Source of the DNA: Rhabdochlamydiaceae bacterium
GTDB taxonomy: Bacteria; Chlamydiota; Chlamydiia; Chlamydiales; Rhabdochlamydiaceae
Reading direction: 5' to 3'
Length of the DNA stretch: 64,000 nucleotides
NCBI GenBank assembly: GCA_035478995.1
Contig: DATIJE010000004.1
Coordinates: 6,218 to 70,217 of the forward strand
Shown here: piece by piece, positions 26,839 through 37,194 of the stretch
Layout of the letters: every line of letters begins with the position of its first letter
Position numbering within the stretch: position 1 is the stretch's first letter
Position numbers and translations under genes: made by a program
The notes under the pieces: generated by a model
Database searches by the model: none
The model's input: the letters and a program-made list of their open reading frames with translations, nothing else
Told to the model about the DNA's origin: nothing

Positions 26839-27679
26839 AACTCCTCCTCGACTTTTGACCACTCAAAAATGGTTTGCGAGCATCATTACAAGGCCGATCG
26901 ATATAGACAACCAAATGGTCTCAGTCTCTCCTTCTGGAAGACCAATGTCCGAGGAGGCTCCTGAATTCATCGCTCCAGGCATCAAATTAGCTTCAGACAA
27001 ACGGATTCAAATCTACAATCAGCAATATTGGTGGCGCCTATTTTCCAATCTCCATAAGATTTTTCCCACCCTTACTTGTCTGTTCGGATATAGCGGCTTT
27101 AATCATTTGATCGCAATCCCCTATCTGACCAAATACCCTCCTCGCCATTGGTCGCTCGGTCTACTGGGAAACAAGCTCCTGCAATGGATCGACGAGGACT
27201 ATCATGAGGATGATAAGCTTCTTCTATCTTTGACGGCAGAGCTCGACTTGGCATACCATCAAATCTTCTTTTCTCCTGCTCCTGTCAGATTGCCTTTTTC
27301 CCCAGACCTTCTCACAAAGAAAGTATCCCTGCAGCCTCATTTATATCTGTTCGAGCTTCCATTCGACTTGTTTTCATACAGGACAGCTTTTTTAAAGGAG
27401 AGCGTTCCTTTCTGGCTGGACAATGAATTTCCTCCCCTTCCACAAGAAAGGACCTATTTTTTTGTTCTCTATAGAAGTCAGAGCAATCGGATTGTCTACC
27501 AGGAACTGCAGGAGGGGCACTGGACCCTTCTAACGTTCATAGCCGATGGGATGACCATTGAAGAAGCTTGCGACGCGTTAGAAAAGCAGGGAGGAAAGGC
27601 CTACGAAGAAGCAGCCGAATCCCTTCCAGACTGGATTCAACAATGGGTCCTCGAAGGATGGATCATCCCCCATACGTAA
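26822..27679 (+). CDS. DUF2063-like partner protein (BufC-like)
   Basis: The call rests on position directly after DUF692 with a 17-nt overlap, the size, and the N-terminal TQKWFASIITRP motif. Confidence 0.55.
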   Translation: MQSEPKTPPRLLTTQKWFASIITRPIDIDNQMVSVSPSGRPMSEEAPEFIAPGIKLASDKRIQIYNQQYWWRLFSNLHKIFPTLTCLFGYSGFNHLIAIPYLTKYPPRHWSLGLLGNKLLQWIDEDYHEDDKLLLSLTAELDLAYHQIFFSPAPVRLPFSPDLLTKKVSLQPHLYLFELPFDLFSYRTAFLKESVPFWLDNEFPPLPQERTYFFVLYRSQSNRIVYQELQEGHWTLLTFIADGMTIEEACDALEKQGGKAYEEAAESLPDWIQQWVLEGWIIPHT

Positions 27680-28700
27680 AGACAAGCCTGGGATTAATAT
27701 ACAGCTTGCCATGTCCTCGAACAATCATGGAAGCATGGAAAGGGACGTGCTCGCATACGGAAGGATATTGGTATACGAAAGAACTCATTCTCCAAACGAC
27801 CGCATCAGGAGCTTCATTCAGGATGATTCCTACATTCGGATCTTCTATTCTTGGAAGATTGGATACAGGAGAGGGAATATAAACTGTCCTATGGAGTTTT
27901 TTCAAACTCTCTTGATACATTAAAATTTGATGGTGATGAAAACCTTGTTCCTGCATTTGTTTCATCCACGTCTCTAAGTCATTTGTGACAATTGCAGAAT
28001 ATCTGCAGCCTTCTATCGATGATTTTTTATAAATGCCGCATCCTCCAAAAGCAGAATATACTGGATACCAATCATCCGACTGCGAAAGAGAGAATTGTTT
28101 TTTCATATACCACCAATCGTTGCCCAAAAACTCAGAGCCCAAAGGGTATACAGCGTCTCTGAACGCATACCAATCCCAATAAGTATTCCTTGGATCTATG
28201 CCATAGGCAAAAACAGCATCCCATTCTCTCCCTGATTGAAACACTTCCACGATTCCTCGGAGCGCAGGAGGAATTTTAAAATCCATGTCCATCCAAATGA
28301 TATAGGGAAAATCTTGGAATTCCTCCGACATCGCTCTATCTAAGACAATATTCCTAGCCCTGGCAATTTCTTCCGGTCGATAAAAGTGCCCGTCATTCTT
28401 TACATTAATAATGGATTTAGCGAGATCTCCCCGATTGATGTCCTCGCTTTGAACCAGTACGCGAGAATTCCTTTGACGCCATCTTCGCAATTGGTTTTTT
28501 GTTCCATCGATAGAATTATTCTCATAAACAACGATTCGATAGTCTTGGAACAAAGCCCCGATTTTCTCCATGATTGCTATCGTGTGAGGAAGGCGGCTTT
28601 CCACATCTCTGCAGATACCGCAAATGACCACTTTTTCAGAGATAGCAGAAGCATAGGAGCAGGAGCAAACAACACAAAATACAACAAAAAGAAATCGCAT
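27663..28700 (-). CDS. GT-A fold glycosyltransferase (CAP59/CMT1-like?), signal peptide
   Basis: VVICGICRDVESRLPHTIAIMEKIGALFQDYRIVVYENNSIDGTKNQL resembles the N-terminal block of the CAP59-type mannosyltransferase family. It has the DXD-like motif WMDMDF. N-terminus is MRFLFVVFCVVCSCSYASA. Confidence 0.4.
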   Translation of the reverse strand: MRFLFVVFCVVCSCSYASAISEKVVICGICRDVESRLPHTIAIMEKIGALFQDYRIVVYENNSIDGTKNQLRRWRQRNSRVLVQSEDINRGDLAKSIINVKNDGHFYRPEEIARARNIVLDRAMSEEFQDFPYIIWMDMDFKIPPALRGIVEVFQSGREWDAVFAYGIDPRNTYWDWYAFRDAVYPLGSEFLGNDWWYMKKQFSLSQSDDWYPVYSAFGGCGIYKKSSIEGCRYSAIVTNDLETWMKQMQEQGFHHHQILMYQESLKKLHRTVYIPSPVSNLPRIEDPNVGIILNEAPDAVVWRMSSFVYQYPSVCEHVPFHASMIVRGHGKLYINPRLVFTYGG

Positions 28701-28710
28701 ATTTTAATTC

Positions 28711-29784
28711 CTATCCTGAAGTTTTGTAGGGATAAGCCATGGAATGGATCTTTTCTAACCAGTATTGATTCGTCAATTTTTCACGATAAAGGGGGTTTGT
28801 AAAGGCGTCACCATATTCTTTCACCCATTTTTCTAGATTGCTTTGAGTGATTTCAGACCAGTCCTGGACAATCACAACGGGAAGTCCCTCAAACATGGGA
28901 TCCAGGGTAGAACTTTTTACAATCGCAATGCATCCAAGAACCAAATCTTCCCAAACTCGATGTGTATCCAAGCCATTCCCAAAAGGACAAATCGAAAAGG
29001 CGTAATGCCCTTTTGTTTCCCACAGGGTAGACCGTTTCATGAATCCAGAATAGTCAATAAGCCCAGTAGGAAGAAGGCGCTGGAATATCGTAGTGCGGTC
29101 TTCTCCAAACTGAAGATATCGCTTGTGACCTGCTCTCATCGTATCTGATAGCTGAAAATCCACAAAAGCGCGTAATTTTCGATCATAGGTAGGCGGAAAT
29201 TTCTTTAGGAGATTTTTTAAGACTTCCTCCTGCTGTTTAGGAGAGCCCCTTTCCCCCCATCCTCCAGACACCCCTTTATAAGCTATCGTATGAAAGTCCA
29301 TTCCAATAGGAATATGGCTGACTTTTGAACTATTCCCACAATAATCGTTGTTTTGAGCAAAGACATGAATGATCTTGTCATTTCGCAAAAACTCTTCGAT
29401 GTTAAAATCATTGCCGCAATCCGAGGGAAAGGATTCATCCCCGTCGTTGATGACCAATACAAAAGGATGTTCTACATAAGGGAGAACGTGTTTATTAAAC
29501 GCATCGATGAATCGGCACTGAATCCAGATGATGTCGCCTCGTTTGATCGCCTTATACTTATTTTCATCCAAAGCATTATCTGGAGCAAAGTGTGCAAAAA
29601 ATGCCCGTGGATTTTTTTCCGGACCAATATCGCAAGATGCCGCCATGCCAAGGTTCCAAACATATTCAGTCATTTCCCAAGCATCTACTTTTCCTTCCCT
29701 ATCCCGCCTTCCTTCCCTGGCTATGAGAAGATTCGAAAAGATCAGCAAAAAACAAATTAAAGATTTTTTAAGTACCGATTTCAT
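28711..29784 (-). CDS. Exostosin (GT47)-like glycosyltransferase, signal peptide, paralog of 43213..44100
   Basis: FSICPFGNGLDTHRVWEDLVLGCIAIV resembles the exostosin C-terminal motif F.L.P.G....R..EA...G.IPV. N-terminus is MKSVLKKSLICFLLIFSNLLIA. Confidence 0.45.
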   Translation of the reverse strand: MKSVLKKSLICFLLIFSNLLIAREGRRDREGKVDAWEMTEYVWNLGMAASCDIGPEKNPRAFFAHFAPDNALDENKYKAIKRGDIIWIQCRFIDAFNKHVLPYVEHPFVLVINDGDESFPSDCGNDFNIEEFLRNDKIIHVFAQNNDYCGNSSKVSHIPIGMDFHTIAYKGVSGGWGERGSPKQQEEVLKNLLKKFPPTYDRKLRAFVDFQLSDTMRAGHKRYLQFGEDRTTIFQRLLPTGLIDYSGFMKRSTLWETKGHYAFSICPFGNGLDTHRVWEDLVLGCIAIVKSSTLDPMFEGLPVVIVQDWSEITQSNLEKWVKEYGDAFTNPLYREKLTNQYWLEKIHSMAYPYKTSG

Positions 29785-29922
29785 AGAGACCCTGTTTTAT
29801 CAGATTCAGGAGACTAATGATTGCGATTTTTTTTTACACTTGTTTTTTTGTCGGAGGCGTTATTTGACTTGAAAAATTCAATCCTATTTGAATAGATTGG
29901 CTGAAAAAATGGGGTTCCTAAA

Positions 29923-31062
29923 ATGAAATCAAAAACAATTGTGCCTTGGCTTACATTTCTTATCATAGGCTTGTTCGCAAACCTATCTGCAGACATTGCA
30001 ATCGCACCCAAAAAAGCTCTTATTTTTGGAATTACCGGCCAAGATGGCGCCTATCTTGCAGAACTACTATTGGACAAAAATTATGAAGTGCATGGAGTCA
30101 AAAGGCGTTCTTCTACTAGAAATACAGAACGTTTGGAGCAGATATGTGAAAAGGCAGAAAAAGAAAATAAGCGCTTTTTTCTTCATTATGGAGACCTTTG
30201 CGACAATATAAACATCAGCAATTTGATCCAAACGATCAAACCTGATGAAGTGTATAACCTGGCAGCGCAAAGTCATGTGAAGGTCTCTTTTGAAATGCCT
30301 TTATATACCGTCGATGTCGATGGGATGGGCGCTTTGCGCATATTGGAAGCGATCAGACAGATCGGCCATGAAAAACAAATGAAGTATTATCAAGCATCAA
30401 GCAGTGAAATGTTCGGGAAAGTGCAAGAGACCCCTCAAACAGAAATGACCAACTTTCATCCCAGATCTCCTTATGGTGTCGCGAAAGTGCTGGCCTACTG
30501 GATCACTGTAAATTATAGAGAAGCTTATGGGGTCTTTGCTTGCAATGGAATCCTTTTCAATCATGAATCCCCTTTAAGAGAGGAAACGTTCGTCACTCGA
30601 AAAATCGCTCTCGCTGCATGCCGATACAAATGTGGTTATAACCAAGTGTTACAGCTAGGCAACCTCGACGCCAAAAGAGACTGGGGTTATGCCAAAGATT
30701 ACGTTGAAGCCATATGGCTGATGCTCCAACAAGATAAGCCTGAGGATTATGTAATCGCAACAGGGGAAACTCATTCCGTGCGAGAATTCGTAGAGTTGGC
30801 CTATAAAGAATTAGGCATCGATATTGAATGGAAAGGCGAAGGGATCAATGAACAGGGAATCGATAAAAAAACAGGACGGACCATAGTGAAAGTCAATCCG
30901 GAGTTTTACCGGCCTGCAGAAGTGGACTTTCTCTTAGGAAATGCTGAAAAAGCAAGGCAAAATCTTAAATGGGAACCAAAAACACATTTTAGAGACTTAT
31001 TGAAAATCATGATCGAATCTGACCTTAAAAAAACTGAAGACGAATCTAGAAGGGAAATATGA
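29923..31062 (+). CDS. gmd: GDP-mannose 4,6-dehydratase with a 29-aa hydrophobic N-terminal extension
   Basis: [58 protein letters not shown] and NHESPLR. The extension is [23 protein letters not shown]. An in-frame TTG inside the hydrophobic stretch could be an alternative start. Confidence 0.9.
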   Translation: MKSKTIVPWLTFLIIGLFANLSADIAIAPKKALIFGITGQDGAYLAELLLDKNYEVHGVKRRSSTRNTERLEQICEKAEKENKRFFLHYGDLCDNINISNLIQTIKPDEVYNLAAQSHVKVSFEMPLYTVDVDGMGALRILEAIRQIGHEKQMKYYQASSSEMFGKVQETPQTEMTNFHPRSPYGVAKVLAYWITVNYREAYGVFACNGILFNHESPLREETFVTRKIALAACRYKCGYNQVLQLGNLDAKRDWGYAKDYVEAIWLMLQQDKPEDYVIATGETHSVREFVELAYKELGIDIEWKGEGINEQGIDKKTGRTIVKVNPEFYRPAEVDFLLGNAEKARQNLKWEPKTHFRDLLKIMIESDLKKTEDESRREI

Positions 31063-31913
31063 AAAAACTGATTGCTTATATCCTTTTTTTATTTTTGTGT
31101 TTTCGAGCTGACGCGAAAATCTACAACTTTACAAATGACCCGGTTGACGTGGTCATTCCTTGCACAGACAAAGACTTGGACACCTTAAACTTATGTATAG
31201 AAGGCATCCGCAACAACTGCAGCCAAGTCAGACGGATTATCGTCATCTCAGATCGTCCCCTGACCGATAAAGCTGAATGGTTCGATGAGAAGCAATTTCC
31301 TTTCGACAAAACAAGTGTAGCCTATTATTTACTAGGCTGCAATGAACAGAAAGCCAATGAATATCTTTCTGCTCCTAAACCCAGAGTTGGCTGGTATATT
31401 CAGCAATTGTATAAGTTATACGCCAGTTATGTCATACCTGGCATTTCAACGAATGTCCTCCACCTCGATTCTGATACCATCTTTTTAAATCCTGTTAGTT
31501 TTGTCGATCCGTCCGGCGGAGGACTGTACAACCCCGGTACCGAATACCATATCCCCTACTTTGATCATATTAATAAGGTGCTCCCGGGCCTTACGAGAAC
31601 ATACCGAGAATACTCAGGTATATCTCACCACATGCTTCTGCAAAAAGACGCCTTGGATGAGCTATTCCAATTAGTAGAATCCCACCATAATCTGGATCTT
31701 TGGAAAGTTTACTGTTTGTGCGTGGATCAAAAAGATCTTTTCCTTTCAGGGGCCGCGAGCGATGAGTTGTATTTCAATTTTGTGTTTCCCAGAACAAATC
31801 AAGTGAAACTGAGATTTTTAAAATGGGAGAACATCTCATCTTTGAGAAATATTTTTAGATACCAAAGGGCGGGATATCATTACGTTTCATGCCATTCATA
31901 CTCAAGAAGCTGA
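31059..31913 (+). CDS. Nucleotide-diphospho-sugar transferase-like protein (GT-A-like, DXD), signal peptide, paralog of 42324..43238
   Basis: [34 protein letters not shown] and [10 protein letters not shown] are about 50% identical by eye to 42324..43238. N-terminus is [19 protein letters not shown]. Confidence 0.45.
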   Translation: MKKLIAYILFLFLCFRADAKIYNFTNDPVDVVIPCTDKDLDTLNLCIEGIRNNCSQVRRIIVISDRPLTDKAEWFDEKQFPFDKTSVAYYLLGCNEQKANEYLSAPKPRVGWYIQQLYKLYASYVIPGISTNVLHLDSDTIFLNPVSFVDPSGGGLYNPGTEYHIPYFDHINKVLPGLTRTYREYSGISHHMLLQKDALDELFQLVESHHNLDLWKVYCLCVDQKDLFLSGAASDELYFNFVFPRTNQVKLRFLKWENISSLRNIFRYQRAGYHYVSCHSYSRS

Positions 31914-31929
31914 AAAATAATGAGGAACA

Positions 31930-32643
31930 ATGACAATTCTTAGTAAAGCAAGAAAATTTTTTATTTTTTTTACTATTTATTTAGCTTCTTATAGATGCTT
32001 TTTGTTTTCGGTAGAATTTGATGATTTAACCTATGATTTTCTTTTATCAAACCCATATACCGATCATGTGCAGCATTTCCAGAAGCTCTTTCAGCAAACA
32101 AAAATTACATCATTTCTTGAATTTGGAATCGGCTATGGAACTAAATATTTTTTGGATCATTGTCAGAAAGTAACTTCCTGCGAAATTATTTTCCAAAATC
32201 AAACATCTTTATGGTTTTACCACTCGGTAGATCTATTTCAGAGATGCTCCAATTGGAAACCTATTTTAATGCATGGCGGTACAGCCTTGCAAAACGCGAA
32301 CGAGTTTTGTATTCATAACCACAAAGATCCAGCCCTTTACGAACCAGCTTATTTGCTCGATCTTAAAAGTATTTGCAACGAGTTATTTAAAGATAACCAA
32401 TTTGATGTCGCCTTCGTCGATCCCGGTTTTCACATGAGAGGCGATCTTGTAAATGAACTTTTTGATCGAGTACCGATTATCGTGGCTCATGATACAAATT
32501 ACGTTCCTGAACTTTACGGATGGAATAAAATTCAGATGCCTTCTAACTACAAAAAGGTTGTCTTTACAGAAGGCCAAGGAATTACATTCTGGATACAAAA
32601 CAACAGACCAGAATTAATTGCGGAACTTAGCAAAAGAAATTAA
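31930..32643 (+). CDS. Rossmann-fold methyltransferase-like protein with hydrophobic N-terminus
   Basis: FLEFGIGYGTKYF ... VAFVDPGFHMRGD ... IIVAHDTNY. Confidence 0.35.
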   Translation: MTILSKARKFFIFFTIYLASYRCFLFSVEFDDLTYDFLLSNPYTDHVQHFQKLFQQTKITSFLEFGIGYGTKYFLDHCQKVTSCEIIFQNQTSLWFYHSVDLFQRCSNWKPILMHGGTALQNANEFCIHNHKDPALYEPAYLLDLKSICNELFKDNQFDVAFVDPGFHMRGDLVNELFDRVPIIVAHDTNYVPELYGWNKIQMPSNYKKVVFTEGQGITFWIQNNRPELIAELSKRN

Positions 32644-32671
32644 ATTGGTTTTTGAATCACACTCGGTATGG

Positions 32672-33673
32672 TCATAAAGAATAAAAGAAGGGAAGTCTTT
32701 TTTTGTTATTTATATGCAAGTTGTTAATGCGCATTTGTTTTCCGTTGTATGATATGAACGGGACCCGCCTCCCTTCTAAATCGATCTTCCAATCAATGGT
32801 AAAATGAGAAGGATTATAGATACAGAAAGCAGAAATTACCCCTGGCTCTGAGGCTGCATGCCAGTAAGGATCCCACCCGCCCAAATAAATTCCAAAAGCT
32901 GCTGCATCAAAAACGGAAGCAAAATCATCAATATAGTTAGAATAGAATAAAAATTCATTCGACTTTTGCGAAAGTTCTAGCTTGTGGTCCTCAATGTATT
33001 CAGATGTAAGTACCGGCAAATAATCAATAAAGACCTTAAGATAATTATTTTTGAATTGAGCAATCGTTAACATATCATTCATTTCAGAGTTAACGTAATC
33101 AGGAAATGAATTTATCAAATGACCTAGAGGCACGGAATTTGCGATATAAAGAAAGCCTGCAACACACCGTGAATCTGTTTCAAAAGTTGCCCCTATCATG
33201 CCATTATAGTGCTTTCTGAAAACCGGAAGCAGTTCAGATAAATCAACATATAGCATGACGTCATTTTCTAAATGAAATACATCTGAAAGGTTGTACATTC
33301 TGACAAAATCATCGAGGTAAAAAAAACGTTCCGTTGTATATACCCAATACAGTTTGGTATAGTCAGTTCCAATAATTTCATGAGAAACGCTATTCTGAAA
33401 TTTCAAATGTCTTTCCGATAGGATCAAAGATTCACATGAAATAGGAATGACAGAATAACTATTCAATATAGAGGATCCTTTCATGATCGCCTGCTCATTT
33501 GCTATTAAGTAAATTGAGCATTCCTTATTAAACAGTCGTGCTTGAGCAATTGAAAATTCCAAATGATGTGGAAAAGATGGACCGATATGAACAAAAGTAA
33601 TCGAGAATGCGTTCAAAGAAGCTTGAAAGCTCGCAAAAAAAAGTAAAATAAAATATAAAAAATAAAATTTCAT
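32672..33673 (-). CDS. Putative glycosyltransferase (uncharacterised family), signal peptide, paralog of 40239..41234
   Basis: ITFVHIGPSFPHHLEFSIAQARLFN and FHLENDVMLY are collinear with 40239..41234 (IVFIHIGNKLPQYAEIALRQARSFN, FHMEYDNMLY). Confidence 0.35.
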   Translation of the reverse strand: MKFYFLYFILLFFASFQASLNAFSITFVHIGPSFPHHLEFSIAQARLFNKECSIYLIANEQAIMKGSSILNSYSVIPISCESLILSERHLKFQNSVSHEIIGTDYTKLYWVYTTERFFYLDDFVRMYNLSDVFHLENDVMLYVDLSELLPVFRKHYNGMIGATFETDSRCVAGFLYIANSVPLGHLINSFPDYVNSEMNDMLTIAQFKNNYLKVFIDYLPVLTSEYIEDHKLELSQKSNEFLFYSNYIDDFASVFDAAAFGIYLGGWDPYWHAASEPGVISAFCIYNPSHFTIDWKIDLEGRRVPFISYNGKQMRINNLHINNKKRLPFFYSL

Positions 33674-33703
33674 TTATTAACTTTGTCGAAAATCTCTTCC
33701 CAA

Positions 33704-34633
33704 CTATTTTTTGGATCTATGAATTTTTCTTACTTTTTTATATTTATAAAACATTTTTGCACTAGTATTCTGAAAATTTAATCCAACTTCTTCTAAAGGA
33801 ACTGCAAGAGGCGGCGTAGAATAAGTGTCATATTGGATTAATAATGGATTCGTAGCCCGCGTTATCCAAATATATTGCTGATCATAGGGTTGATTTAATC
33901 CCATATAATTCCATGAGTCGAGCCATAAAGTCATGGGATCGTTCTTGATTTCTGAAAACAAATGATAGTAATCGTTTCTTACCAAGATTAAATTTACGAC
34001 GAGAAAACAAACAGGTTCATATCCTTTATTTTTAGCTATATCTATTATAATAGACAATGGTTGGCCTAGGTTTTGCTGAGCAACTTCATCGGGAACTCTT
34101 GTTTGAAATGATGGATGCCAATATCCACTCGATTCAATGCATATCACCTTAGGCTTGCAATCCAAACTTTCTAAAATTAAATAATCTCCACCATCGATAT
34201 CAATAGAAAGTACATCGATCTCTTGATCTGGAAAATTTTGTTGAGTGATCACATCCAACATCTTCCCCCTGTTGTCGGAGGGATTAGATGTAACAAACTC
34301 CTGGATACACTTGACATTGGGAAGCTGATCGCATGTCGATTGAAGTTGAGGTATATAGGCCTCATCGCATTCGATAAATGCCCCACTCCAACCTCTCTCA
34401 ACTAGAAATCTTGTATTAGAGAATAAAACTCCATCGCATGCTCCAAATTCAACAAAGAAACCATGATGAATTTTCATGCGATTTAAAATTTCTTCTAGAA
34501 CTCCTTCTTCCCCATTTTGGGAATGCAATTTCCAGTGTTTATGCAATAAACTAAATTCCTGGTAGGAATCCGTTGCAAAACTAAAATCCATGATACCGAT
34601 GCAGCTCGCAATAAAAAACAAGACTAGTTTCAT
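33704..34633 (-). CDS. FkbM-like methyltransferase, signal peptide
   Basis: FFVEFGACDGVLFSNTRFL..GWSGAFIECDE and VLSIDIDGGDYLIL. Confidence 0.5.
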   Translation of the reverse strand: MKLVLFFIASCIGIMDFSFATDSYQEFSLLHKHWKLHSQNGEEGVLEEILNRMKIHHGFFVEFGACDGVLFSNTRFLVERGWSGAFIECDEAYIPQLQSTCDQLPNVKCIQEFVTSNPSDNRGKMLDVITQQNFPDQEIDVLSIDIDGGDYLILESLDCKPKVICIESSGYWHPSFQTRVPDEVAQQNLGQPLSIIIDIAKNKGYEPVCFLVVNLILVRNDYYHLFSEIKNDPMTLWLDSWNYMGLNQPYDQQYIWITRATNPLLIQYDTYSTPPLAVPLEEVGLNFQNTSAKMFYKYKKVRKIHRSKK

Positions 34634-34671
34634 TGCTTTACCTTAGAAGCCAACTCCATTATGAAAATCTA

Positions 34672-35406
34672 CTAGCTTTTTCTCTTAAAAACAGCATAAC
34701 CATTTCTCAGTTGATGGTTCTGTTCAATGAGTTCATAGCCAGGGTCGCTAAGCAGCTGTTTGTAATTAGCATAATTTTTAAAGGCATTGATATCATCGAG
34801 AAGGATGAATTTTGCTCCATAGACAAATTGAAACTCCGCCATGCCAGTGAACTCTGAACCATCAATCAGGACCATGTCAAAATCTGTTATATGATTCTCT
34901 GTTTTGATAAGCTCAATTCCTGTTTGCGCTACTCCCGCTGTTTTAACATAATCGATATCTTGTCTAAGCCAGCCTAATACCCGGTCCAAAGTATAAAGAC
35001 GAAGAGTTGAAGAGACATTGTTATAGAATGAAGCCACTTCGCTTTCACTGGGAAAGACTTCGAGAGGAACTGATGAAACATTATAGCATTTCACCTGAGG
35101 ATCATTTTCATAGTGTCGCGCCAAAGCAGCAAAACGTGGCCTCGACAACTCCATGCAGAATAAAGTAGGATGATTGGGATTTACGCGTATGCCCAAAACA
35201 AATGCTTCCGTGCTACCTTCCCCACTTGAAGAACCTATCTCTAAAATGGTATTCACTGTTTCAGAGCTAGCTAATCGATAAATCGACCGGTAGAAAGCAT
35301 CATTTTTAATTTCTCCAGGTATGATTCGATCTAACTCTGATTCTGCACATAGAGATAAACTGCTCGCCAAGAAAATAGCGCTTAGAAATTTTGTTTTTGT
35401 AAACAT
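34672..35406 (-). CDS. Class I SAM-dependent methyltransferase-like, signal peptide
   Basis: ILEIGSSSGEGST ... FDMVLIDGSEF ... ILLDDIN. Confidence 0.45.
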   Translation of the reverse strand: MFTKTKFLSAIFLASSLSLCAESELDRIIPGEIKNDAFYRSIYRLASSETVNTILEIGSSSGEGSTEAFVLGIRVNPNHPTLFCMELSRPRFAALARHYENDPQVKCYNVSSVPLEVFPSESEVASFYNNVSSTLRLYTLDRVLGWLRQDIDYVKTAGVAQTGIELIKTENHITDFDMVLIDGSEFTGMAEFQFVYGAKFILLDDINAFKNYANYKQLLSDPGYELIEQNHQLRNGYAVFKRKS

Positions 35407-35428
35407 TAAGATCCTCCAGCTGGTTTCA

Positions 35429-36148
35429 TTATTTCAAATCGGCTCTCTTAAAAAGATAATCATTATGTGTTCCATCGTAATCCGGATTGACCGCCCGATT
35501 AAAGTTTGTCACATTTTCCACGAGGTCGTACCCTTTGCTTTCGAGGAAAGCGATGATATCGTTGTATTGATCTGTATAAATTTCTATGAGCATGTAATCG
35601 AAAACTGTTCTATTGAAGTCAATCCCCTTTAAAATATTCAGCTCATATCCCTCAGTGTCTAAACTGAAAAAGTTAATGTGCTGAAGACATGCTTCATCAA
35701 GGATCGACTGCAGACTTCGAACAAATACTCTGATGTTTGCAGAATTATTGAGCCTTTTTCCACCCACACTTGACATAGGGGTTCCATTGAAATCCCCATA
35801 AACATAGGTGTTGTCTTCTTGAAAAGAACCGAGAGCACATTGATAACATCGGGAATTAGGCCGATTGCTAGAAAGAATTGGAAACAGAACTTCAGAGGGT
35901 TCGATCAATATTCCAGTCCATCCATAAAGTTCTTCCAAAAGCATCGTATTTGATTGAGTGATCCCATCATAAGCTCCTACTTCGATGAACACACCATTTC
36001 TATAATTCATCTTTTTTATTAATTTCTGATCCAAGTAGATTCCGGAAGAATCTGTACCGGAATAACCAATTTGATCAGCTAAGATCAATGACGGATAGAT
36101 TCTTAATATGGTAGATATCAATATTTTATAGAATTGGCTTCGAATCAT
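35429..36148 (-). CDS. FkbM family methyltransferase
   Basis: VFIEVGAYDGITQSNT ... GILIEPSEVLF ... FFSLDTEGYELNILKG. Confidence 0.65.
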   Translation of the reverse strand: MIRSQFYKILISTILRIYPSLILADQIGYSGTDSSGIYLDQKLIKKMNYRNGVFIEVGAYDGITQSNTMLLEELYGWTGILIEPSEVLFPILSSNRPNSRCYQCALGSFQEDNTYVYGDFNGTPMSSVGGKRLNNSANIRVFVRSLQSILDEACLQHINFFSLDTEGYELNILKGIDFNRTVFDYMLIEIYTDQYNDIIAFLESKGYDLVENVTNFNRAVNPDYDGTHNDYLFKRADLK

Positions 36149-36199
36149 GGTTTCTTCCTTGCAGTTACGATTAAATTCTTCTGCAACATTTTTTAGAGT

Positions 36200-37048
36200 T
36201 TATTTAAATCTGACCAATTCGTAGCCAGGCATGTCTTCTTTGCAAATTGCAAAGTAATTGGAAAGATCGAAATTTTCCAGAGAGCCCTTCCATACAGCAA
36301 TGTGAATGAGCCCTGAAGGAATGATTCTAAATACAACATAATGATTATCTGTCAAAAACCTAATGACTTGTTTTAAACTCGTCTTGGCATCGATATAACA
36401 TCCGCCATACTCAAATTGAACGGCACGTATTTGATGATTCTTTAATAAGTTCTTTGCACCCTGTAAAATTCTCCATTCTGCTCCTTCTGTATCGATCTTG
36501 ATAAAATCGATTTTCGAAATTTCATTTCCAGCACAAAAATCATCCAAAGTCTCTTGCTGAACTAAAATAAGCTGCGGTTCGGCAAGTTCGCCACGCAATA
36601 CTTCGCGATAATAAAAGCCGCTAAGGGCGTCCGCCTCAAGATAGTAATGAAATGCTGCTTCTCCTTTCTGGTCGGACAGAGCATAATTGAATATTCGAAT
36701 GTTGTTTTGCGATTGCATGAGAGTTCTAAATCTCTCAAAAACGGAAGGTACAGGTTCGAAAGCCATGATTTGTACACTTGGCTCCGTCTTTAAAGCATAC
36801 TGGCTCCATTCTCCGCAATTTCCTCCTATATCAAATACTAAATTGCCAGGTTTTAAAAATCTCTTCATAAGAGTCAGCTCTCCATCTGTATCGATATACC
36901 AATCACCGTAGCCTAGCTTGTCTGTTTTAGGAGATTGTGAGTAAATTGCGAATGAGCATAAAGAGAACGACTTAAAGAGACATAAAACCCATAAGAAACA
37001 TCTGGAACAGCGTCGAATAATAGCAAACATATCCACTCTATTTTTCAA
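36200..37048 (-). CDS. FkbM family methyltransferase
   Basis: LVFDIGGNCGEWSQYAL ... IMAFEPVPSVFERF ... DFIKIDTEGAEWRILQGA. Confidence 0.8.
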   Translation of the reverse strand: MKNRVDMFAIIRRCSRCFLWVLCLFKSFSLCSFAIYSQSPKTDKLGYGDWYIDTDGELTLMKRFLKPGNLVFDIGGNCGEWSQYALKTEPSVQIMAFEPVPSVFERFRTLMQSQNNIRIFNYALSDQKGEAAFHYYLEADALSGFYYREVLRGELAEPQLILVQQETLDDFCAGNEISKIDFIKIDTEGAEWRILQGAKNLLKNHQIRAVQFEYGGCYIDAKTSLKQVIRFLTDNHYVVFRIIPSGLIHIAVWKGSLENFDLSNYFAICKEDMPGYELVRFK

Positions 37049-37194
37049 AATTAAAAAGCTCTTTTACAGAAAGCACTAGTGATAAATTTTTCACAAGCAA
37101 ATATTTAAGTATGCGAGAAAAAAAATAATTGCTTACTTTTACAAGAAACTCATAATGAAGAAAAACACACTTGGTTGCTATAAAGGGAAATTCA

